Shown: positions 1 to 9,415 of the stretch, in pieces | Position numbering within the stretch: the first letter of the stretch is position 1 | How the letters are laid out: every line of letters starts with the position of its first letter | NCBI GenBank assembly: GCA_963845755.1 | Contig: CAWJTV010000011.1 | Location: 672,001-736,000 of the forward strand | DNA: 64,000 bases | Direction: 5' to 3' | From: an uncultured Planctomycetota bacterium | GTDB lineage: Bacteria; Planctomycetota; Planctomycetia; Isosphaerales; Isosphaeraceae | The notes under the pieces: generated by a model | Seen by the model: the letters and a program-made list of their open reading frames with translations, nothing else | The model's database searches: none | What the model was told of the DNA's origin: nothing | Made by a program: the position numbers and the translations under genes

Positions 1-532
1 CTTGGCCGGTCGATGAGGCAGGACCTCCCCGAGGTGGCTGCGGGATGAAGTGCAGGCAGCCATTAGCGATGGTCGCCTCCTGAAGGGGGAGCCAGAAGCT
101 GACCGCCTCGGAGTCATAGCGCGGATCGCCGAAGGCCGCGTCCTGGTGCCAGGGTGTCGATTCTTCTCCATGTGCAGGCTTGAGCAGCGCCATGGTCGAT
201 AAGGAACTCTACGTCCGGTCCGAATAACTGCGCACGACGATCTCGGCCCGGGCCAGGAACTGGGCCCTGCGCAGTTCGGGGACGAGGCGTGACGGATGCA
301 GGATCTGCGGAATCAAGGGTGGACTGTCATCCTCGTCGATCCCGACGAGGTCCAGGTGGTACCCGCGGTCGCGACCGGCTCGCTCCGCAAATAGCTTGGC
401 GAAGATGCGCCGGAGACGCGCCAACTCCTCCGGGTCGGCGAACTGGTCGATCGTCAAGTAACCGTTCTCGCGATAGGACGCGATCTGGTCCGGACTCAAG
501 GCCAGACCACATGGCCGTCTCGGCTTCAGCAT
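1..532 (-). CDS. Phytanoyl-CoA dioxygenase (PhyH)-family Fe(II)/2OG oxygenase; frameshifted near 210 and running off the window start
   Basis: N-terminus LSPDQIASYRENGYL in ORF 209..640. The shifted frame continues LLKPAHGEESTPWHQDAAF...VSFWLPLQEATIANGCLHFIP (HxD iron motif, NGCL motif). Confidence 0.8.
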
Positions 533-929
533 CTTCGTTACCCTTGGAGGTGGCAATCGCGGCCGTCGATCATGACATGTCCCGAACGGCACTGCGGCGA
601 AGGCAGGCCGTTCGCGATCATGGGAACCGCGTATCGCCAAGGATAACTGACCCGTCGCCGAGTCGGAATTGAACTACTGACATTGGCGAACGGATGTTGT
701 TTTTCCCGACGCAGGATGTTGATTTGCCAAGATGTGCGTCGATTTTTCCAGACATTGCTTCGTGAAGTGACAAGATAATCAACAGCGTTTCGAGTCCAGG
801 GGCGTGGGCGTGATGGTGGGCGAGTTCGGCTGCCATAACACGGCGCCGCACCGGTTCGTCCTCTCCTGGATGCACGACATGCTCGAGGTGCTCCAGGCGG
901 CGTGAGAGGCTCTCGGCAAGCGGACCCGC

Positions 930-1277
930 TCATTCCGCGCTTCGCCCTGTCAGCTCATCGAGCGCAGCCCAGACGGCCTGGAGTACGGCATCTGAGATTC
1001 GACCCAGCCTGGACTGGATGAGGCGCTGGTCCAGGACCGTCATCTGGAACACCAACGCTACGGAGGCTCGCTGCAGGCCATTCTCCGCATCGGCATCAAC
1101 CGGGACCGTGCCGGGGAAGCGAAGGGCCGCGAGTTGCGTGGTCATTGGGATCAGCAAGATGGTGGGGAGGCGTGACGTCGCCGCCGCGTCCTGCGCCACG
1201 ATCGCGGGCCGGCGTCCCGCCTGCGCGTGCCCGTTCCGTGGCGGAAAATCCACCCAGTACACATCGCCCACGTTCAT
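930..1277 (-). CDS. PemK/MazF-family toxin (type II TA endoribonuclease)
   Basis: GDVYWVDFPPRNGHAQAGRRPAIVAQ...IPMTT...NGLQRASVALVFQMTVLD. ATGA overlap with the upstream antitoxin. Confidence 0.9.
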   Translation of the reverse strand: MNVGDVYWVDFPPRNGHAQAGRRPAIVAQDAAATSRLPTILLIPMTTQLAALRFPGTVPVDADAENGLQRASVALVFQMTVLDQRLIQSRLGRISDAVLQAVWAALDELTGRSAE

Positions 1278-1516
1278 GATGATTCCTCTTCCTCCTCGAA
1301 GGGGAACATCTCCCAGGTTTGCGCGCTCAGGGCCTGCCATTCGGCCAATTCCGCGGCCAGTTCCGCGCTCATCGGTTCATCACTCAATGGAACGAGCAAG
1401 ACCCCTCCACGAGTCTCAAGGATCCGGACGGGAGTCGCCGGCGACATGCCGTATCTCTGCCGCACGCCGTCGGGTAATTCGATTTCACCAGATGGGCCGA
1501 CGATCAAGGTTTCCAT
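1274..1516 (-). CDS. AbrB/MazE-family antitoxin
   Basis: 80 aa; swapped-hairpin pattern VGPSGEIELPDGVRQRYGM...GGVLLVP; acidic tail; coupled to the toxin. Confidence 0.85.
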   Translation of the reverse strand: METLIVGPSGEIELPDGVRQRYGMSPATPVRILETRGGVLLVPLSDEPMSAELAAELAEWQALSAQTWEMFPFEEEEESS

Positions 1517-2130
1517 GGCCGGGCTTCCTTACGAATTTCAATCAGGGCAATGCCTGGGTTTCGACAGATCCATAGCTATTGCTACATCTTTCCGCGTGGA
1601 GGGGAAGGCTCGTGGAGAGATGCACCGCGCGAGTGCGACGACCGGCTCGGCCAGCTCAAACACGTTGAGCCCAAGGTTCTCCAGGCAGGGTGATCGACAA
1701 CGTTCATTGTACCGCGAGGGACGGCATCGAGGCAAAACCGATGAGCCCTACGGAGAACCCGAAAGCCCATATGTCCCGAAGTGATGTTTGTATAAACATC
1801 ATATGAATTGTCGCTTGTAAAGTCAAAGCCGCATCACAGGTGTAGAGTCGAAGGACGATGCCAGAAGGAAAACGGCACGGTGAGTTCACCGCGAAGTTAA
1901 CAGCAGGCGATGGGACTCAACATCGCTCCCTCTCGCTCATTTGCGGCAACCGGACACATTCGCGCGCAAGGTTTGGCCCCCAGGGCCACCCGTCGGCGGG
2001 ATGGAGTGCCGAACGACGCTGTTCTACATCGTTCCCACATGGGCGCATGACGCCTGGGCTTTCCGAATAGCCGTGGCGATGTTAAGATATCATATACCTT
2101 CGTTCCAAGGCCACTGGAAATGCCATCGAG

Positions 2131-2538
2131 ATGATTCCACCGTTTGAGGAAAACGGGTACTTGCCGCCGGGACTCCATGGCGCCACGCTCGCTGAGATTG
2201 AAGCCCGCTTCGGCCAGCAGACGGAGCTGCGACAGGTTCAGATGGAATCGCTTCAATGGCTCATGGATCTGGCGAGACGTGCGGGGGTCCAGCGGATCGT
2301 CATCAACGGGAGCTTCGTAACAGACGTGCCTGAACCCAACGATGTGGATTGTGCATTACTCATCAGCCCCGGTTTCCCACACGACCCGAATGCGGAACAA
2401 GAGCTGCTCCAGGGGTTGCCCTTCCTCGATATACATCTGGTGCGGCAGGACGGCTGGGACGAACTAGTGGGGACCGTGTTTGGCACGGACCGGCGCCTCA
2501 ATCCCAAAGGTATGATCGAGATTGTATCATGGAACTGA
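2131..2538 (+). CDS. Minimal Pol-beta-type nucleotidyltransferase (DUF6932-like)
   Basis: MIPPFEENGYLPPGLH start; GSFVT...PNDVD (GS...DxD); PKGMIEI end. Confidence 0.8.
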   Translation: MIPPFEENGYLPPGLHGATLAEIEARFGQQTELRQVQMESLQWLMDLARRAGVQRIVINGSFVTDVPEPNDVDCALLISPGFPHDPNAEQELLQGLPFLDIHLVRQDGWDELVGTVFGTDRRLNPKGMIEIVSWN

Positions 2539-2759
2539 AAGATGAACGTGAGGTCGAGGTCACTCGGGACAAGCTTCGCTCGCTCGAGGCGCGCTATCGA
2601 GCGATCCAGGACGAACCGGGTGAGGACTCCCATATCCAGGAGCTGACCCTGCGATCGCTCAAGCGGATGATCAATCAGATGAAGGAAGAGATCGCACGAT
2701 TCGAGGCGCACCGAACTTCAGGAGCATCCCGCGCCCGCACCACTATCGCGAAGAGTTGA
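2529..2759 (+). CDS. Small helical/coiled-coil protein coupled to the nucleotidyltransferase
   Basis: MELKDEREVEVTRDKLRSLEARY...LRSLKRMINQMKEEIARFE; overlaps the upstream gene by 10 nt. Confidence 0.65.
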   Translation: MELKDEREVEVTRDKLRSLEARYRAIQDEPGEDSHIQELTLRSLKRMINQMKEEIARFEAHRTSGASRARTTIAKS

Positions 2760-2792
2760 ATACCCTTCGCTTTCACATAGAGTCAAGTCCCG

Positions 2793-5700
2793 CTAACGAC
2801 GCGACAGCCGGACGATCTCATCCTCCGGAATCTGCCGTGGGTTAACCGCGGAGAGAAGCGCCTTCACGGGAGTGACCTCGCCGTCGCGGATGAAACAGAA
2901 CTCGCCGGGCTCTTGTGAGGGCAGGCGGCTGGCGACGTCGATGCGGCAATCGCTGAGCATCGGCTTCATCTTGGCGATCGAGTTGGCTTCCTTCACCTGG
3001 CCGACCAGCCAGGCGCGGATGTTGTCGCGGCACTTGTAATCGAAATCGCCGGGGCTCTGGGTGGCCAGCAGTAGGCCCAGGCCGGCCGATCGCGCCCGCT
3101 TCAGCAGGTGCTCCATCGGCTCCTTGGTCGCCGGTTGTCGCACCGCCGGGAGATACAGGTCGGCCTCGTCGAAGAGGACCACCGCCTGGAGTGTCCCGTC
3201 CGGCGCGGGCGACTTGCTGATCCAGCGCCCCAGGCGCCATCAGGAGCTGCGAGACCCAGAACTGGACGTCCTGGTTGGTCCCCAGGAACTTGGTGCTGAT
3301 GATGCTCAGCCGGGTCTTGCCCGACGTCTGGCCCAGGCCTCGGCCCAGCAGCGCATCGACGTCGAGTGGCTCGCCCTCGGCGGCCAGCAGGTCGCCGCGG
3401 ATGTGTCTCAGGGTCTCCAGGTCCTGGACCAGCCGGTCGAAGAGCTTGACGTCGAGGTGGCCGACCACATTGATCAGGGCGGGGTCCTTCTCGGCAATGA
3501 AGTTGACCAGGGCCTGGATGGATATCGCGGCCCGAGGTTCCTGGCTGAGCAGCTCGATCGCGCGGATCAAGATCGCCAGGCATGATTGATCGCGCTTGTT
3601 ATCCCCGTAATTCATCATGTCTGCCAGGGCCGTGGCGGCGAACTTGGCGGCCTGCTCGCGCTCGTGAGAAGGCAAGGCCCCCAACCCGGCGGGGACCGCG
3701 GCGATCGACAGCGGCCGCCCGTCGGGCCGGCGCGGGGTATACAGGGCGACTTCCACCGAGGAGCGGAGCGTCTCCGCCCGCGCGGCCAGCTCGCGGTCCA
3801 GTCCGGCGCGCAGGCCCAGGTCCGGCCGGGCGTAGGCACACAGGTCGCCCTTGCGGTCGATCAGGATCGCCGGGATTCCCTGGACCAAGAGCTGCTCGAC
3901 GACACCCAGCGCGGCCGTCGTCTTGCCGCTGCCCGGCGCACCCAGGAAGGCGGCATGCCGCGTCAGCTCGGCCGGGTCGATCGCGACCGGCTCGCCGCGG
4001 CGGTCGCTTGTGGTGCCGATGACGATGCGATCGGCCCGGGGCAGGGGGGGGCTCGGCTCCGGCGGCTTGACCGTCGTCGCTCCGGCCGCGGGATTGGAGG
4101 GAACCGACGGTTCGGCGGGTGTCGGGGCGATCGTTGGTGTCGGCTCGGGCCGTCGGTCCAGGTCGAGGATCGCGCGCAGCGACGTGAGACCGGTCAAGGG
4201 CCGGCTCCGCTTGAGCCAGGCCACGAAGGCCGGGTCGGCGTCGATCCCGCGGCCTGTGCGAAACACGGCCAGCGCCATCATCGTTCGCCAGTCGGAGTCC
4301 TCGACCACGACGCGACGGCCGCCCCGGGCGATCAGCTTGCCCAGTTGCTGCGAGACCGCCGCTTTGGGATTCGCCGGGAACGCCGTCGAGCGGACGATGA
4401 CCGGCGTGTGCTCGCCGGCGCGGCGCTCGACCTCCTCGATCTGACGACCCAGCGCGCCGCCCTGGGGACCCTTGTTGCAGACGCCCGCCAGCAGTCGCCC
4501 GACCGAGTTGTCCGCGGCATGGCGCTCGGCGAAGACGAAGCGGCCGGCCGTCTCCGCTTCGAAAACGTCGCCCGCCTCCACTTCGCTCGAGCACGAGATG
4601 ATCGCCGCCGCGAGGATCGCCGCGAGTTCTTCCTCATCGGTGGGGACCACCATCGTCAGGGTCGAGCGCAGCTCGTTCCAGGCCTGCTCGATCTCGACGA
4701 TCTTCGACTCCAGGTCCCGGACGCCGGAGTCAACGCGGGCATCAATAGGGTAATCCGCCATCTTCCCTTTCGCGATGCAATGCTCGCGGTAGACCTGGAC
4801 CGCGCCAGGACATCCCGGCGCGCAGGCCCACCAGCCTGGCGACCATCGCCTCGGGGAGCGGGAACGTCGGCTGGTCGGCCCGGAACGAGACTTCCATCGA
4901 CTCGTACAGATACTTCAGCCGCTGGGCGATGAGCTGCTCGACCTGATCGCGATCGCAGGGGGTCGTCAGGCCGACCGGCGGAGGGTCGGTCTCGATCCGA
5001 TCCTTGATTGGCCTGGTGAGCAACTTCTTCAGCTCTTCGTAGTAATCTTCGAGGCAGGCGATGACCACGATGGCCGAGCGGAGCCGGCTGACGATGTCGC
5101 AGAGCGTGGCCATGGCGCGGCGGAACTTGACGGCCGCATCGTCCAGGTCGAAGACATCCTCGAGCTGGTCGACGCACAGGATCAGCGGGACGTTCTCGAC
5201 GGCCCACATCAATTGCCCCAGCCGTTCGATGAGCCGGTGCGGCGCGTCCGGATACGTGCAGGGGACGATCCCGCCCAGCAGCCGGCGGTCGTGCTCGGTG
5301 AGGTCCTCGCAGCGGAGATACTTGAGCACGCCGCGCCTTGATCCGCGGGTCGTGACCTTGAAGATAGAGCAATGCCTGGATCAAAAAGACGTCGATCGTG
5401 TTGAACCGGTCGTCGAGGATGATCCGATCGGCCATCTCGGCGACCAGTTGATCGAGGCCGGGCTGGTCGAGGCCCCCCTCGCGGAGCCGGTCCAGCCAGT
5501 CGCGCGGGACGTCGCGCGACGATTCGGCCAGGGCGTTCGAGAGCCGCATCAGCCCCGTGGTCTCCGACCGGGACTCGTCGTAGGCCTTGTCGAGCGAGTC
5601 GATCAAGTTGTTGAGCACATAACGGCCATACTGGCCCGTGAACGCAGTCATCTGCAGGTAGCCGCAATATCCCGACGACCGGGCATGGACCCGGTTGCGG

Positions 5701-6002
5701 AAGGCCCGCATGAGATGAGTCTTTCCCGATCCGGCGTCGCCCAGCAAGAGGAGGATCCGGCCCGCCGGCAGCCCCGAGATCTCGCGCACCCGCCCCACGA
5801 TCCGCTGGAACGTCTCGCGCGCGCCGGCGTGGATCGACTCCACGTCGAACGGGTCGCGCCTCCAGATATCGTTGGCGTAGGCAAACGCGTGGAACAGCTC
5901 GGGAAGCGGCCTCGAGCAGAACGCGGCGACACGAGGATCGACCCCGACCGGACCGCCCGGCGACTCGGGGCTCGTTTTCGCACTCATGATAGCTGTCGCC
6001 AT
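2793..6002 (-). CDS. Large dual-ATPase protein (N-terminal AAA-like P-loop domain plus C-terminal HerA/FtsK/DUF87-like domain), split by frameshifts
   Basis: Pieces 4656..6002, 4742..5329, 2842..4761 and 2793..3182 join into one gene. Domain 1: Walker A GDAGSGKT, Walker B LILCVDQLED. Domain 2: Walker A GAPGSGKT, IDRKGD, VVLFDEAD, KRARSAG, LATQSP. Confidence 0.8.
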
Positions 6003-6014
6003 GGAAGACCACCT

Positions 6015-7053
6015 TCAAATTCGGATAAAATGAAATGTGGCGTTGAGGTAACTTACCTCGGACATGCGGACGTCCTCCGGGTCCATGGCCTGGACCAGGT
6101 CGGCCCGGCTCAGGTCGAGCAACCGGGCGTTGTTGGCCGCGGCGAGGAACTCCCGGAATCGATCGAGGCCCATCTCCGCGAAGTCCGGGTCGGATTGGAG
6201 CATCCTCCAGACGTGCACGATGAATACCTTGTTATCGCCGTAGCGTCCGGTCGAGCAGGCGCGGGCGGCGGCCTTGACGCGCTCGGCCAGTTCGGACATG
6301 GGGAGTGCCGTCTTCTCGGGCTGCGAGCTGTGCGGCGGAGATCCCAGCGGGCCGCTGTTCCGGTCAACCCAGTCGCGAAGGACGGCATCGCGGAGCTCTT
6401 TCGAATCATCGCGCCGCGCACCCGCGTTCTGTGCGACCAGACGGCCGGCGGCCTTCTTGAAGTCGGTCGCGCGGCCGTCGCCCAGCGCGGTTCAGTACGG
6501 CCGCCTTGACGTTCTTGAGATCGAATTTCCGGGCTTCGCCCTCGAAGCCGATGAGCTTCCAGGCGAGGGCATCGATGGCATCGTCGAGCGTCTTGGGGAC
6601 CGCGGCGATCGGCAGGTCATACTGGCGCCTGAGCAACACCGCCTTGAAGATGGGGTCCGATCCCATCGCCTTGAGCTGGGCCTCGCCCGAGGCCGGTAGA
6701 CCCAGCACGCTGGCCGGGAGATACGTCTTCCTGATCACGGTCCAGTTCGTCCTGGGCTTGAGCGACTCGACACCCAGGAATTCGAGCCCGCGCCGGCGGC
6801 CCGCCGCGGTCAGCGTGACCTTGGGCGCGGCCTTCCTGGACTTGCCCAGCAGGAAGGCCACCAGCCCGTCGGCCTTGAGCGCCTCGATCGCGTGGTTCAG
6901 CGCGGCGGCCAGCGGTGTGCCCGAGCATCGGTGCGCCAGAAGCGGCTCGAGGTCCTTCTGGATCTTCGAGATCGATTCGCCCTTCTCGCCCGCGACCAGC
7001 AGCCGAATCAGGACCAGGGACCCAATCGCGTCGTGATTCGTCGCAGACGTCAT
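6015..7053 (-). CDS. Uncharacterised basic protein with a possible N-terminal winged helix; frameshift near 6485
   Basis: ORFs 6406..7086 and 6015..6299. LKADGLV...VTLTAAGRRRG resembles a wHTH wing; C-terminus GRYGDNKVFIVHVW...LDLSRADLVQAMDP. The ATG at 7053 overlaps the upstream TGA. Confidence 0.65.
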
Positions 7054-8262
7054 GCGCGCTCCCTCACTTCCTGCCGATGCCGGCAAAACGCGACCGCCGA
7101 CAGGAACGTCTCCAACAGCTCCTCGAGACGCCCGACGACGTCGGCGGCGAGGATCCGCAAGACCAGGTAGCCGCGCTTCTGCAGCTCCAGGTCCTTGCGG
7201 CGGTCGCGGCGGTAAGACTCCGGGTCCTGGAAGTGATAATATCCGTCGATCTCGATGACTAGCTGGAGCGAGCGGGCGACGAGGTCGACCTCGATCGGTC
7301 GGCCGGCACCGAAGTGGAAGTCGAGCGTGGTATTGAGCTCGAACAGCCCGGTGGTCTCGGGCAAGGATTCGAGCAGGTCGAAGACGAATTGCTCGGCGGC
7401 GCTGCGGGCGTCATCCTCGGAAGGATGAAGGATGAAGGATGAAGGATGAGTGAATTCGGCGTGACTCGGCGTGCCCCCTTCAGGTTCCAGCCTTCCCGCC
7501 TCCGGTTCCAACCCGACCTCACGAGGAGGCGGGGAGAGCACCGATCCCCGCAGCAGCGCCTTCGGCGCGCGACTCGGGCGCCTGGTCGAGGTACGCCGCG
7601 AACGCGTCGGGCTCGACGATCAGCCCGAGGGTGGCCTGGGGCTGGGCCTCGGCGAGGTCGGCGAGCAGCCGCGCGAGGCTCACGAGCTGCGAGAGATCTT
7701 GCCCGGCCGGCGCGGCGAGCAGGACGGGCAGGCACTCCTGGGGGACCAGCTCGCCGATGGCCCGATACACGCGGAGCCAGGGCCGGCCGTGCCCTTCGAG
7801 CCCGGCGTTCAGCTCCGGCCCGAGCCCCGCCTTGGACCGCCGGTGCCCCTGGGCCGCCAGCTCGATCAGGCGGCGGACCGCCAGCTCGACGCCCGATTCC
7901 GAGACCAGCGGGACGGCGGAGTCCAGCAGCCTCGCCACGTCATGAGCCGTCATCCCGCGGAGCTGTCGGCCGAGCAGACCGGCAGGCTGATCCCGCCGCT
8001 CCGCCAGCCAGGCGACCGCGGAATCGACCAGATCGCGCCCGGCCGCCAGCCGGTCGACCCACGGAACCACCAGGCTCTCGGCATCCGTTTGCTCCGAGCG
8101 CACCAGCACCATCTCCCGCCCCAGCTCCCACGCCCAGCGCCGGAGGGACTCCAGCACCGGACCGATCGGTCCGGCCAACACCGACACCGTGGGAACCCCG
8201 GCTCGACGACGCTCGTCGTGACGATCGAGCCCATTGTCCATTGCGTCGAGTGCCGAGCCCAT
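7050..8262 (-). CDS. Protein with a C-terminal DUF559/Vsr-like endonuclease domain; frameshift near 7550
   Basis: ARSAAEQFVFDLL...IEVDLVARSLQLVIEIDGYYHFQDPESYRRDRRKDLELQKRGYLVLRI. The N-terminal part lies in ORF 7519..8517. Confidence 0.8.
7421..7515. repeat. Heptamer repeat element (AAGGATG)x4 with a degenerate CAGCCTT-type opposite arm, inside a coding region
   Basis: Four exact AAGGATG units at 7421-7448; caggttc/cagcctt/cccgcct arm at ~7481-7515. Encodes HPSSFILHPS on the - strand. Confidence 0.8.
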
Positions 8263-8633
8263 CGCCTGCGTCCTCAGCGGATTTCTGGCCTGATTTCGAC
8301 GTCCTCGGTCATGACGACCGCCTTCGCGGTCCCGTCGTGATTCGCGTGGGATCCGATCTGACCGAGGACACCGGACAAAATCACATTCTCCAACAGCCAT
8401 GTGCGACTGTCCACGCGCCAGGCCGTGCAGGTGCGGAATTTGCAGGCAGGTTTCCGTTGCCGTCCGGAGAATCCTGCGCTTTCCACGCGGAACCGAAGCC
8501 CGACGGACGACGAACAACTACCAAAGGACAACGAGAAGCCCCTTGAGAGCTGATCCCCGGCAGGCTAAGGTGCATCCGGTGTCTCTCGAAGGACCCTTGA
8601 ACCTCACGATACCATCAACCAAGGAGACATGAC

Positions 8634-9200
8634 ATGGCGATCACGAAGTGCGTTGCGTCCCTGGCTGCCGGCTCGCTCATCTGCGTCGCGGTCCTGGGAT
8701 TGCGAACGCAGGCCGCCGCGCCGGAGAAGGCGGCTGCCGGAACTCCGGTCACCAAGGCCAGCGCCCAATTGATCCCGACGACCAAGACGCAGAGCACGGT
8801 CAAAGGCACGATAACCTTCACCAAGACCGAGCACGGCGTCCACGTTTCCGGGGAGATCACGGGGTTGACTCCGGGCGAGCACGGCTTCCACGTCCATGAA
8901 TTCGGCATCTGGAACGAGGACGGTACCGCCTCGGGAGGCCACTTCAACCCAACGGGTGCACCGCACGCCGCGCACGACAGCGCGAAGCGGCACGTCGGCG
9001 ATATGGGCAACCTCAAGGCCGACGAGAGCGGCAAAGCCACCGTGGAGCTGGACGATGATCAGATGAGCTTCGAGGGCCCGACCTCGATCCTGGGCCGCGG
9101 CCTGGTCGTCCACGCGAAGGCCGACGACCTCAAGACCCAGCCGTCCGGCGACGCCGGCGGCCGGCTCGCCGTCGCGATCATCGGCGTGGCCAAGCCCTAG
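8634..9200 (+). CDS. sodC: Cu/Zn superoxide dismutase, exported
   Basis: Signal-like N-terminus; HGFHVHEFG, GGHFNP, RHVGDMGNL, GRGLVVHAKADD, SGDAGGRL; AAGGAG upstream. Confidence 0.95.
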   Translation: MAITKCVASLAAGSLICVAVLGLRTQAAAPEKAAAGTPVTKASAQLIPTTKTQSTVKGTITFTKTEHGVHVSGEITGLTPGEHGFHVHEFGIWNEDGTASGGHFNPTGAPHAAHDSAKRHVGDMGNLKADESGKATVELDDDQMSFEGPTSILGRGLVVHAKADDLKTQPSGDAGGRLAVAIIGVAKP

Positions 9201-9208
9201 GCTCTCGG

Positions 9209-9278
9209 AAGGATGAAGGATGAAGGATGAAGGATGAAGGATGAGTCCGTAACTGGTCTTATTCAGCCTTCAACCTTC
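9209..9278. repeat. Heptamer repeat element (AAGGATG)x5 with a CAGCCTT/CAACCTT opposite arm
   Basis: Five exact units at 9209-9243, just after the sodC stop. Same CTCGG...AGT flanks as the copy at 7421. Confidence 0.85.
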
Positions 9279-9293
9279 TGGCCCGTGGTCTGG

Positions 9294-9358
9294 GTTGGGT
9301 GCCCCGTGAGCACCGGAGCGGGCCGGGCGCGGGGATCGGTGCTCACGGGGCACCCGAC
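9294..9358. repeat. REP-doublet-like inverted repeat between convergent genes
   Basis: Perfect 19-bp IR GGGTGCCCCGTGAGCACCG (9297-9315) / CGGTGCTCACGGGGCACCC (9337-9355). Confidence 0.7.
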
Positions 9359-9415
9359 GCGCCCGGTCGCCACCCCACAGTGAGACGACCTCATTAACGA
9401 CCTCATTACTGATGG

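Noticed and set aside
1520..2130. Lower-GC intergenic stretch as a gene remnant
   Set aside because: The frames I translated gave no recognisable motif.
2793..4100. Conjugative coupling protein or VirB4
   Set aside because: No transmembrane anchor, relaxase or T4SS genes nearby; the domain is fused to a second ATPase and coupled to a nuclease gene.
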